Below, piece after piece: positions 56,132-64,000 of a stretch of DNA of 64,000 nt. Under the pieces are notes generated by a model, which saw nothing but the letters and a program-made list of their open reading frames with translations, was not told the DNA's origin and made no database searches. Positions within the stretch are counted from its first letter, which is position 1; each line of letters starts with the position of its first letter. The translations under genes and the position numbers were made by a program. The DNA comes from Candidatus Fervidifonticultor secundus (GTDB lineage: Bacteria > Sysuimicrobiota > Sysuimicrobiia > Sysuimicrobiales > Humicultoraceae): NCBI GenBank assembly GCA_031459385.1, contig JAVKIP010000005.1, positions 1-64,000 of the forward strand, given 5' to 3'.

Positions 56132-57157
56132 ATGCGGGGTGCAGGTGTTCTCCGGGCAGTTCTGGGTGGCCTGCTGCTCGGTGTGCTCGTGGGGGCGGCC
56201 GGGATGCCGGCGCCGGCCCAGGCCGACCTGGCGGGGGCAGCGCGGCGCGAGGGCAGGGTCGTCGTCTACGGCTCGATGGAGACCGACGTCTTCGAGGTGA
56301 TCAGGAAGATCTACGAGGGCCGCTACGGCGTCCAGGTGGACTACTGGCGGGCCGCCAGCAACCGCGTCATGGACCGCGTGCTCACCGAGACCCGCGCTGG
56401 CCGGCCGCTGTTCGACGTGGTGCTCACCAACCGGAGCCCCATGCTGATCCTCAAGCGCGCGGGCGCCTTCGCGCGGTTTGCGGCGCCGTCGTACGAGGCG
56501 TTCCCCGCCCCGACGCACGACCGCGACGGGATCCTGTCGCCGTCGTACCGCGTGGTCGTCGTCAGCGCCCTGTTCAACACGCGGCTGCTCCGGCCCGAGG
56601 ACGCGCCGCGGACGCTGCCCGACCTGCTCGACCCGAAGTGGAAGGGCCGGCTGGTCATGCCCGATCCCACCCAGCACACCACGACCGCGGTCTGGCTCGC
56701 CAACCTCCAGAAGATCCTGGGCGCGCAGCACAGGAGCTTCATCGAACGCCTGGCGGGCCAAGTGGGGCTGGTGGAGTCGTTCATCCCCGCGGTGCAGAAG
56801 GTCATCGCGGGCGAGTACCCGGTGGGCATCTCCTACGTGAAGTACGTCCACGTCTTCGGCCAGGACGGCGCGCCGCTGGACTACGCCCGGCTGAACCCCG
56901 TGCTGGCCGAGGCCCACCACGTGGCGCTGGGCGCCAGGGCGGCGCACCCGAACGCGGGCAAGCTGCTCATCGACACGCTCACCTCTCGGGCCGGGCTGCT
57001 GGCCCTGGCGCGGGCCGGCGAGTTCGTACTGGTCCCCGGCGTCTACCCGCCCATCAAGGACGCGGAGAAGCTGCGCGTCGTCCCTATGGACGACCTGGAC
57101 GAGGACGAGCTCAAGCAGTTCCGCGAGGAGTTCGGCCGCCTCTTCGTCAGGCGCTGA
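56132..57157 (+). CDS. ABC substrate-binding protein (FbpA/AfuA-like fold)
   Basis: Signal peptide, ARREGRVVVYGS, PDLLDPKWKG and AAHPNAGKLLID. Confidence 0.88.
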   Translation: MRGAGVLRAVLGGLLLGVLVGAAGMPAPAQADLAGAARREGRVVVYGSMETDVFEVIRKIYEGRYGVQVDYWRAASNRVMDRVLTETRAGRPLFDVVLTNRSPMLILKRAGAFARFAAPSYEAFPAPTHDRDGILSPSYRVVVVSALFNTRLLRPEDAPRTLPDLLDPKWKGRLVMPDPTQHTTTAVWLANLQKILGAQHRSFIERLAGQVGLVESFIPAVQKVIAGEYPVGISYVKYVHVFGQDGAPLDYARLNPVLAEAHHVALGARAAHPNAGKLLIDTLTSRAGLLALARAGEFVLVPGVYPPIKDAEKLRVVPMDDLDEDELKQFREEFGRLFVRR

Positions 57158-57161
57158 CCCC

Positions 57162-58886
57162 GTGGCCACCGGCGTCGCAGGGGGCCAGCGCCGCGCGGCG
57201 CCGGCCGCTTCCCTGGACCCCATCACGGGCCTCACCCTGGCGGTCGGGGTGGTGCTGGGGTTCCTGGCGCTCTACCCGACCGTCATGCTGTTCGTCGGCA
57301 GCTTCAGTGACGCGCCCCTGGGCGAGCCCGGCCGGTTCACCCTGGCCCACTACGCCCGGGCCTACGGCGACCCCGCCACCTACCGCCTGATCGGCACCTC
57401 GATCGTCTTCGCCGCCGGCTCCGCGGCGCTGTCGCTACTCCTGGCCGGGCCGCTGGCGTGGATCACCGTGCGGACCAACGCGCCCGGCCGGGCCCTCTTC
57501 GAGCTGGTCGCCCTGGCCCCCAACGTCCTCCCGCCGCTGCTGATCGCGACGGCGTGGGTCCTGCTGCTGAGCCCGCGCATCGGCCTGCTCAACCTGGCCA
57601 TCGCGCGTCCGCTGGGGCTGCCGCCGTTCAACGTCTACTCGATGCCCGGCATGATCCTCGTCGAAGGCCTCATCCTCGCGCCGCTGGCGTTCCTCATCAT
57701 GGCCGCGGCGCTGCGCTCGATGGATCCGGCCCTGGAGGACGCCGCGCGCGTCGTCGGCGCAGGCACCCTGCAGGTGGCCAGGCGCGTCTCGGTGCCCCTC
57801 GTCCTGCCGGCTCTGCTGGCTGCGGGCATTCTGAACTTCGTGCGCGCCATCGAGAGCTTCGACACGCCCGCCATCATCGCGCTGCCCGCCCGGATCGAGG
57901 TGTTGACCACCAAGATCTTCCGGGAGGCCCTGGCCGACTATCCCCCTAACCACAACCTGGCGGCTACCTACGCCATGAGCCTGCTGGCCATCACCCTGGG
58001 GTTCGTCTACCTCTACCGGCGCCTGACGGGTCGCACGGAGCGGTTCGCCACCGTCACCGGCCGCGGCTACCGGCCCCAGCCCATCGACCTGGGTCCCTGG
58101 CGGTATGCGGCCTCCACGGCGGCGCTGCTGCTGCTGGCCCTGATGGTGCTGTTGCCGTTCGCGGTCCTGGCGTTCACCTCGCTGATGCCGTTCTACGAGG
58201 TGCCCACGCGCGCCACCCTGCGCCTCGTAACGCTGAAGCACTACGCCTACCTGCTGGACAGCCAGCGGGTGGCGCGCGCGCTGCAGATCAGCGTCACCCT
58301 GGCCGTGGTGGGCGCCACGCTGGCGATGCTCCTGGCGGCGGTCGTCGCCTACCTGACCGTCCGCGCCCGGGTTCCCGGGCGTGGCCTGCTGGAGGTACTG
58401 GCGTTCATCCCCTGGGCGTTCCCGGGCGGCGCGCTGGCCATCGGGCTGCTGTGGGGCTACGTGCGGTTCCCCGTCGCCATCTACGCCACCATCTGGATCC
58501 TGTTGATCGCCTACGTGACCCGCTTCCTCCCCTACGGCCTGCGGGCCATGACCAGCACCATCGTCCAGGTGCACGGCGAGCTGGAGGAGATCTCGCGGGT
58601 CTGCGGCGCCGGGCTCGCCTATACCTTCCGGCGCATCCTCCTGCCGCTGCTGGGCCCAGGCTTCCTCGCGGGGTGGGTGATCCTGGCCACGATCTTCATG
58701 CGCGAGTTCAGCACCTCGCTGTTCCTCTACACGCCGCGCTCCGAGCCGCTGGGCCCGCTCCTCTACCACCTGTGGATCGACGGCCAGCAGGGCCGCATGG
58801 CGGCCCTGGGCGTGGTGGTCAGCCTGATCTCCCTGGCGCTGGTGGCGGTGGTGCGGCGGGTGACGCGGACGGCGCAGGCGGGCTGA
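57162..58886 (+). CDS. ABC permease (FbpB-like, duplicated)
   Basis: MDPALEDAA, VHGELEE and ATVTGRGYRP. Paralog of 47231..48973. Confidence 0.9.
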   Translation: MATGVAGGQRRAAPAASLDPITGLTLAVGVVLGFLALYPTVMLFVGSFSDAPLGEPGRFTLAHYARAYGDPATYRLIGTSIVFAAGSAALSLLLAGPLAWITVRTNAPGRALFELVALAPNVLPPLLIATAWVLLLSPRIGLLNLAIARPLGLPPFNVYSMPGMILVEGLILAPLAFLIMAAALRSMDPALEDAARVVGAGTLQVARRVSVPLVLPALLAAGILNFVRAIESFDTPAIIALPARIEVLTTKIFREALADYPPNHNLAATYAMSLLAITLGFVYLYRRLTGRTERFATVTGRGYRPQPIDLGPWRYAASTAALLLLALMVLLPFAVLAFTSLMPFYEVPTRATLRLVTLKHYAYLLDSQRVARALQISVTLAVVGATLAMLLAAVVAYLTVRARVPGRGLLEVLAFIPWAFPGGALAIGLLWGYVRFPVAIYATIWILLIAYVTRFLPYGLRAMTSTIVQVHGELEEISRVCGAGLAYTFRRILLPLLGPGFLAGWVILATIFMREFSTSLFLYTPRSEPLGPLLYHLWIDGQQGRMAALGVVVSLISLALVAVVRRVTRTAQAG

Positions 58887-59985
58887 CCTCCGACGGGAGC
58901 GCGGGGAGCACGATGAGCCGTGCGGGATCGATCAGGCCCCAGACGCGATCGCCGGGCGCGAATCCCACGGGCCCGTAGGCCAGCAGCGAGAGCGTCCCGG
59001 CAGCCAGACGGTACTTCACGCGGGTCCCCTCGAACAGCGCGGAGACCACCTCGCCTTCCACCGCGTTGGGTAGCCCGTCCGGCGGGCGCTGGCGGGCGAG
59101 GTGCACGTGTTCGGGCCGGACGCCCACCACCACCGGGATCCCGGGTGCCACGCGGCCCGGGGCCGCGCACCGCAACGGCCCCGCAGCCGTGAGCACCGCC
59201 ACGTCGTCGGCGCCAGCGCCCACCACCCGGCCGCTGAGGTAGCTGATCTCCCCGAGGAAGGTGGCGGTGAACCGGTGCTGCGGGCGGGCGTAGAGCTCGT
59301 GGGGCGTCCCGACCTCCACCACCCGGCCGGCCTCCATCACGGCCACGACGTCGGAGAGGGCCAGGGCCTCCAGCTGGTCGTGGGTGACGTAGATGGTGGT
59401 AATACCGAGCCGTCGCTGGAGCGCGCGGAGGTCCTCCCGCACCACTTCGCGGATCTTGGCGTCCAGGTTGGACAGCGGCTCGTCCAGCAGCAGGACCTCC
59501 GGCTCGTACACCAGCGCCCGCGCCAGCGCCACGCGCTGCTGCTGGCCGCCGCTCAAAAACGGCGCCGGCCGCTCCTCCAGCCCCTCCAGCCCTACCAGCG
59601 CCAGGACCGCGCGGACGCGCTCGGCCACCTGGCGGCGCGGCAGCCGGCGCACCTCCATGGGGTAGGCGACGTTCTCGAAGACCGACAGGTGCGGCCAGAT
59701 CGCGTACGACTGGAAGACCATCCCGACGTTGCGGCGCTCCGGCGGGGTGAAGATGCGCCGGGCGCGGCTGAAGATGACGCGGTCGTCGAAGAGGATCTCG
59801 CCCTCGTCGGGCCGCTCCAGCCCGGCGATGCAACGCAGCGTGGTCGACTTCCCGCATCCGCTGGGACCCAGGAGCGTCAGGATCTGCCCCTGGGGTGCCT
59901 CGAGCGAGACGCCGTCCACCGCCCGCACGACCTGCCGGGCGAGCCGGTGGAGCTTCACCAGGTCGATCAGGCGGACCGCGGGCAT
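58819..59985 (-). CDS. ABC ATP-binding protein (FbpC/PotA-like), convergent to its probable permease
   Basis: GPSGCGKST, FQSYAIWPHL, LSGGQQQR and LLLDEPLSNLD. Confidence 0.92.
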   Translation of the reverse strand: MPAVRLIDLVKLHRLARQVVRAVDGVSLEAPQGQILTLLGPSGCGKSTTLRCIAGLERPDEGEILFDDRVIFSRARRIFTPPERRNVGMVFQSYAIWPHLSVFENVAYPMEVRRLPRRQVAERVRAVLALVGLEGLEERPAPFLSGGQQQRVALARALVYEPEVLLLDEPLSNLDAKIREVVREDLRALQRRLGITTIYVTHDQLEALALSDVVAVMEAGRVVEVGTPHELYARPQHRFTATFLGEISYLSGRVVGAGADDVAVLTAAGPLRCAAPGRVAPGIPVVVGVRPEHVHLARQRPPDGLPNAVEGEVVSALFEGTRVKYRLAAGTLSLLAYGPVGFAPGDRVWGLIDPARLIVLPALPSEVSPPAPSASPAAPPPPAPGRSG

Positions 59986-60002
59986 GCGATAATGCCCCTG
60001 GT

Positions 60003-60470
60003 ATGAGCCCGGACCTGCGCGCGCAGGTGCTGCGCTACCTGGAGACCCACAACACCCTCACCCTGGCCACGGTGGGCCCGCAGGGCCCCTGGGCGGCCGC
60101 GCTCTTCTACGTCAACGACGGCCTGGTGCTCTACTGGCTCTCCGATCCCCACGCCCGCCACTCGCAAAACCTCGCCTCCTGCCCGCAGGTGGCCGTCGCC
60201 ATCCACGAGGACTACCGGGACTGGCAGCGCATTCAGGGCCTGCAAATGGAAGGAACCGCTACGCCGGTCGGCCGGCCGACCGACGCCGAGGGCCCCATGC
60301 GCCGGTACGCCGCCAAGTACCCCTTCCTCGGCGACTGGCGCGCGCCCCCCGCCGCGCTGGCCCGGGCCCTCGAGATCGTGCACGTCTACCGGTTCGTCCC
60401 CGCGCGGGTGCTGTTCATCGACAACACCCGCGGATTCGGGCACCGCGAGGAGCTCCAGCCCCTGGCCTAG
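60003..60470 (+). CDS. Pyridoxamine 5'-phosphate oxidase-like FMN-binding split-barrel protein
   Basis: TLTLAT..GPWAAALFY, SDPHARHSQNL, IQGLQMEG and FIDNTRGFGHREE. Confidence 0.82.
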   Translation: MSPDLRAQVLRYLETHNTLTLATVGPQGPWAAALFYVNDGLVLYWLSDPHARHSQNLASCPQVAVAIHEDYRDWQRIQGLQMEGTATPVGRPTDAEGPMRRYAAKYPFLGDWRAPPAALARALEIVHVYRFVPARVLFIDNTRGFGHREELQPLA

Positions 60471-60501
60471 CGGTCCCGCCCCGGCACCGCGCGCGGCCTC
60501 C

Positions 60502-62064
60502 TCACCGGCCCGTCCGCGCCAGCAGCTCCACCCATCCGCGCATCAGGGACTTCCCCTTGGCGATCTGGTCCGGCGCGAAGAACCGCTCCAGCGCCACCCG
60601 CTGGATGGGGTACACCGGCCGCTGGAAGTCCTTTTCGTACCCGAACGGCACCGTGGCGTCGATAGCCATCCCGCCCTCGAACCGGGTGTTCATCGCCGTC
60701 CACTGGCGGTCGCCGGCCGTCAGCCGCTCCTCCGGGATGAACGTCTGGCCCGCGCCGCCCGGTACCGGGTTCAGGATGTCGGTGCGCGGGTTCACGCGGG
60801 TCGTGAGGCACCAGATGATCTCGTCCATGTTGTAGATGTCCACGTCGTGGTCCACCGCGATGGCCAGGCGCATCCCCTGGCTGCACGCCATGGCCGCCAC
60901 CAGGAAGTTGCGCACGTGGCCGTCGTCGGTCTTCAGCCGCTTCTTGACCTGGATGATGCACCCGCCCCAGTCGGTCATGGGAAAGGGAATGTTCACGTCC
61001 TGCACAATCCCGGGCTGGAGCCGCTCGCACAGCTCGTAGATGGCCGACTCGCGCACCGTGGTGTCGATGTTGTGGCAGTCCAGCATGTGGACACCCAAAA
61101 CGTAGAAGATCAGCCGGGGATCGGGTCGGCGCATGGTGATCCCGGTGACGTGGAAGGTGGGCGCCCGGTACGCCTTGCCCATGTACCCTGCCCACTCGGG
61201 ATGGAAGGGGAACTTGCCCTGCAGGCCGGCCGCCTCGGCTTCGGCGGTCTCGTAGCGCTTGTCGCGCGGGTAGAGGTGCCCTTCCAGCACCAGGTCGCAG
61301 TCGGCCACCGCCCACGCGTCCACGGTGCGGGCCTTGACGATCCGGATGGGGAACCCCTGGACCGCGCCGGCGGCACCCAGCTCATCGGAGCCCCGCGGCA
61401 GCACCACGTAGTCGAAGCCGCTGCCGGCGATCAGGGTCGCGGCCGGCGGGAGGCCGAAGCACATGGTGAGCGGGATGGGCCGGTCGTCGTGGTAGTGCTC
61501 CGAGATGACCTGCCACATGTGGGACCCCGGCGCCGACTGGAACGTGCAGACGTTGCCCCACCGGGCGTTCATCCGGTTGTAGCCGATGTGGCTCCCCCCG
61601 TGGAAGTACGGGCCCACCACCACGCTGTTGCCGCTGCCGATGGTCCGCTCCGATTCCAGCTCGGTGTGCCGAACCGCCACCACCCACTTGTTGACCTCCA
61701 GATCGTCGGTGATGACCACCTGCTGGCAGGGCGCCTCGTCCTGGGGCACCTCCACCGGCGGAATGGGATGGGTAATGGCGTAGGCGAGCTTGCGGGTGCG
61801 GGCGACCGGGCTCTCCCAGCCGAACATCCGGTCCACGATCCCCATGTTGGCGAACAGGTTGGTCACGACCTGCGCGTGGGGGTAGCCCTTGACGTTCTTG
61901 AACAGAATGGGATAGCTGCCGTCCAGATGCTTCTGGACGCCCATGATCTCCAGGTCAGGGTCCACCGGCACCTCGGTCTCCAGGAGCAGACCCTCCTCCC
62001 GGAGCCAGTCCACTGTCCCCTCCAGCGTGGCAATCTTGCTCGCGACCTGCACGGGTACTGCCAT
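60502..62064 (-). CDS. UbiD-family prFMN-dependent decarboxylase, phthaloyl-CoA decarboxylase-like
   Basis: UbiD architecture. The segments GGSHIGYNRM, PGSHMWQV, FHPEWAGYMGKAY, TDWGGCIIQVKKR, CSQGMRLAIAV, FEGGMAIDATVPFGYE and terminal LARTGR match, from recall, the phthaloyl-CoA decarboxylase clade. Confidence 0.85.
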   Translation of the reverse strand: MAVPVQVASKIATLEGTVDWLREEGLLLETEVPVDPDLEIMGVQKHLDGSYPILFKNVKGYPHAQVVTNLFANMGIVDRMFGWESPVARTRKLAYAITHPIPPVEVPQDEAPCQQVVITDDLEVNKWVVAVRHTELESERTIGSGNSVVVGPYFHGGSHIGYNRMNARWGNVCTFQSAPGSHMWQVISEHYHDDRPIPLTMCFGLPPAATLIAGSGFDYVVLPRGSDELGAAGAVQGFPIRIVKARTVDAWAVADCDLVLEGHLYPRDKRYETAEAEAAGLQGKFPFHPEWAGYMGKAYRAPTFHVTGITMRRPDPRLIFYVLGVHMLDCHNIDTTVRESAIYELCERLQPGIVQDVNIPFPMTDWGGCIIQVKKRLKTDDGHVRNFLVAAMACSQGMRLAIAVDHDVDIYNMDEIIWCLTTRVNPRTDILNPVPGGAGQTFIPEERLTAGDRQWTAMNTRFEGGMAIDATVPFGYEKDFQRPVYPIQRVALERFFAPDQIAKGKSLMRGWVELLARTGR

Positions 62065-62173
62065 GCCACTGTCCCTCCTCCCTTTGGGTGCAGCGGGCCG
62101 GCGCGACCGACGCGGGGCGGCATCACGGTCCCGCCGGGCTCGCCCCGCACCTGCGCCCTGTGCCGTCCTACGG

Positions 62174-63451
62174 CTACTCGATCACCCCTTCCGCCGCCAG
62201 CCGCGCGAACTCCTGCGCCGACAGCCCCAAAATCTCGCGGTAGACCAGCGCGTTGTGCTCCCCCAACAGCGGGCTGGGACGCAGCACCGCCGGGGTCGCC
62301 GACAGCGCGAACGGCGGCCCTTCGTAGTGGAACCGCTCCAGCACGGCGTGGGACAGTTCCCGCCAGATGTGCCGGTGCGCGAGCTGGGGATCGCTGAACA
62401 GATCAGAGAGCCGGTTGACGACGCCGGCCCGGACGCCCGCCGCCTGCAGGACCGCCACCACCTCTTCCGGCGTGCGCTCAGCGGTCCACCCGGCCACCAG
62501 CGCGTCCAGGTCGTCCTCGTGCGCCTTGCGGGCTGCCAGGGTGGCAAAGCGCGCATCGTTGGCCCAGGCCGGATGCCCCACCGCCCGGCAGAACGCCTGC
62601 CACTCGTCGTCGCTGCACACGGCCACGACACACCAGCGGTCCTCGCCCCGGCAGGGGTAGGCGCCGTGCGGCGCGGCCTCAGGGCTGCGGTTGCCCATCC
62701 GGGTGGGGACGCGCCCGTTGACCCCGTACTCCAGTAGCGCCGGTGCCACGAACTGCAGGCCCGCCTCGTACTGCGCCAGGTCGATGTAGAGGCCCCGGCC
62801 GGTCCGCGCGCGGTGGTCCAACGCCGCCAGCACCGCGATCAGCCCGAAGCCCACGGCGACGAAGTCGATGTAGGGACCGAACAGCAGCATGGGCTCGCCG
62901 CCGGGATAGCCCGTCAGGTGCGTGAAGCCGGCCTGAGAGGTCAGCTGCGACCCAAAGCCGCGCTGTGACGCCTTGGGGCCGCTCTGGCCCATGTTGCACG
63001 TGCTCAGGTAGACGATCTGCGGGTTGATGTGGCTCACAGCAGCGTAGTCCAGGCCGTGGCGCGCCATCACGCCCGGCACGAAGTTCTCGATGAGGACATC
63101 CGCCCACGCCACGAGGCGCCGGGCCAGGGCCACCCCCTCCGGGTGCTTGAGGTTGAGCGTGACGCCCAGCTTGCTGTCGTTGAAGAGGGCGAACGATCCG
63201 GTCCGGTCGAGTCCGGGCCGGTTGTCCTTGTAGGGCGGATAGTGGACGCGGAACCCGTCGGGCCGGCTGCGCGACTCGACGTGGATCACCGTGGCTCCGT
63301 GCTCGCCCAGGTGCTTGCCCACCATGGGGCCCGCTGCGAACATGGCGAACTCGACGACCTTGAGCCCCTCCAGGGCTGCAGGGGCTGCACCGCCCGCCGC
63401 CGCGTCCGCCCTGGTGCCCCCGCGCAGGGGCCCGCCGTCCGGGATGGCCAC
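62174..63451 (-). CDS. Family III (CaiB/BaiF) CoA-transferase subunit
   Basis: ALEGLKVVEF..FAAGP, GATVIHVES, ADVLIENFVPG, probable catalytic Asp in GPYIDF, PHGAYPCRGED and PLLGEHN. Confidence 0.9.
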   Translation of the reverse strand: MAIPDGGPLRGGTRADAAAGGAAPAALEGLKVVEFAMFAAGPMVGKHLGEHGATVIHVESRSRPDGFRVHYPPYKDNRPGLDRTGSFALFNDSKLGVTLNLKHPEGVALARRLVAWADVLIENFVPGVMARHGLDYAAVSHINPQIVYLSTCNMGQSGPKASQRGFGSQLTSQAGFTHLTGYPGGEPMLLFGPYIDFVAVGFGLIAVLAALDHRARTGRGLYIDLAQYEAGLQFVAPALLEYGVNGRVPTRMGNRSPEAAPHGAYPCRGEDRWCVVAVCSDDEWQAFCRAVGHPAWANDARFATLAARKAHEDDLDALVAGWTAERTPEEVVAVLQAAGVRAGVVNRLSDLFSDPQLAHRHIWRELSHAVLERFHYEGPPFALSATPAVLRPSPLLGEHNALVYREILGLSAQEFARLAAEGVIE

Positions 63452-63453
63452 GC

Positions 63454-64000
63454 TCAGATGACCCCTTCCTCGCGCAGGAGGCGCAGGTCGTCCCGTCCCA
63501 ACCCCAGCTCGGCGTAGATCTCGTCGTTGTGCTCGCCGATCCCCGGCGCGCGCCGCCGGATGCGGCACGATCCTCCAGAGAACCTGGCGAACGGTCCCGG
63601 GTAGGTCACGGCGACGCCCAGCTCGGGATGGTCCACGGCCTGCCAGAACGCCCGCGCCGCCAGCTGCGGGTCCTCATGGATGTCCCGAGCATCGGCCACG
63701 GGATACCCGAGGATGCCGCGCCGGAGGGATTCCACCGCGAACTCCGCCTTCGTGCGCGTGGCCAGGAAGGCCGCGATGGGTTCCTCGATGGCGTCGATCT
63801 CCGCCTGGGTACTGGTCGCCACGTTGAACGCCGTCCAGTCCAGACGCTGGAGCCAGTCGGGTGCGGCGCCTGCGTCGGCCATCCACTGCACCATCGCCTC
63901 GTTGGACCGGCGCCCCGCGTCGCCGCCGTACAGGATGAAGTTGATGTGCCCGTCCCGGCACGGGTAGAGAGCCCGCATGCGGGCGCCGGTGACGCTACGG
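63454..64000 (-). CDS. Family III CoA-transferase subunit, 5' part outside the window
   Basis: The frame is open to the window edge and reads LYPCRDG, DPQLAARAFW and RRAPGIGEHNDEIY..LGL...LREEGVI. Confidence 0.85.
   Translation of the reverse strand, partial: RSVTGARMRALYPCRDGHINFILYGGDAGRRSNEAMVQWMADAGAAPDWLQRLDWTAFNVATSTQAEIDAIEEPIAAFLATRTKAEFAVESLRRGILGYPVADARDIHEDPQLAARAFWQAVDHPELGVAVTYPGPFARFSGGSCRIRRRAPGIGEHNDEIYAELGLGRDDLRLLREEGVI

Overview
Very GC-rich bacterial DNA that is densely coding. I found no rRNA, tRNA, CRISPR array, transposase or integrase. Many ORFs in the supplied track are antisense or alternative-frame shadows, so starts were re-called by eye and are approximate. The left part (1-26.5 kb) carries a form II CoxL-like molybdoenzyme with CoxS, an acetyl-CoA synthetase-like ligase, a glycogen/trehalose locus (glgX, treZ, glgB, treS-maltokinase) with a decayed glgE remnant, two unknown paralogous secreted proteins, an SDR, an OsmC-family gene with an in-frame UGA and SECIS-like hairpin (probable selenoprotein, missed by the ORF track), a NitT/TauT ABC transporter, a Clp-fold protease, an alpha-oxoamine synthase, a sugar-type SBP, a CHRD protein, an ATP-dependent DNA ligase and a metallophosphoesterase. 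The right part (26.6-64 kb) is an aromatic-acid catabolic region. It holds protocatechuate ortho-cleavage genes at the end of a long operon that also carries a tripartite tricarboxylate transporter, a bicupin, a Ni/Co-transporter-like gene and a class II aldolase. It also holds a divergent bicupin plus orphan EutA-like ATPase, a ThDP enzyme, several ABC/MFS transporters, a third bicupin, a Rieske oxygenase alpha/beta pair with an unusual duplicated-domain accessory protein, and a UbiD decarboxylase resembling phthaloyl-CoA decarboxylase preceded by two family III CoA-transferase subunits. The best candidate for an undescribed system is the bicupin / EutA-like ATPase / Ni-Co transporter module linked to aromatic catabolism. 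Family assignments come from motifs and recalled family features; no database search was run.
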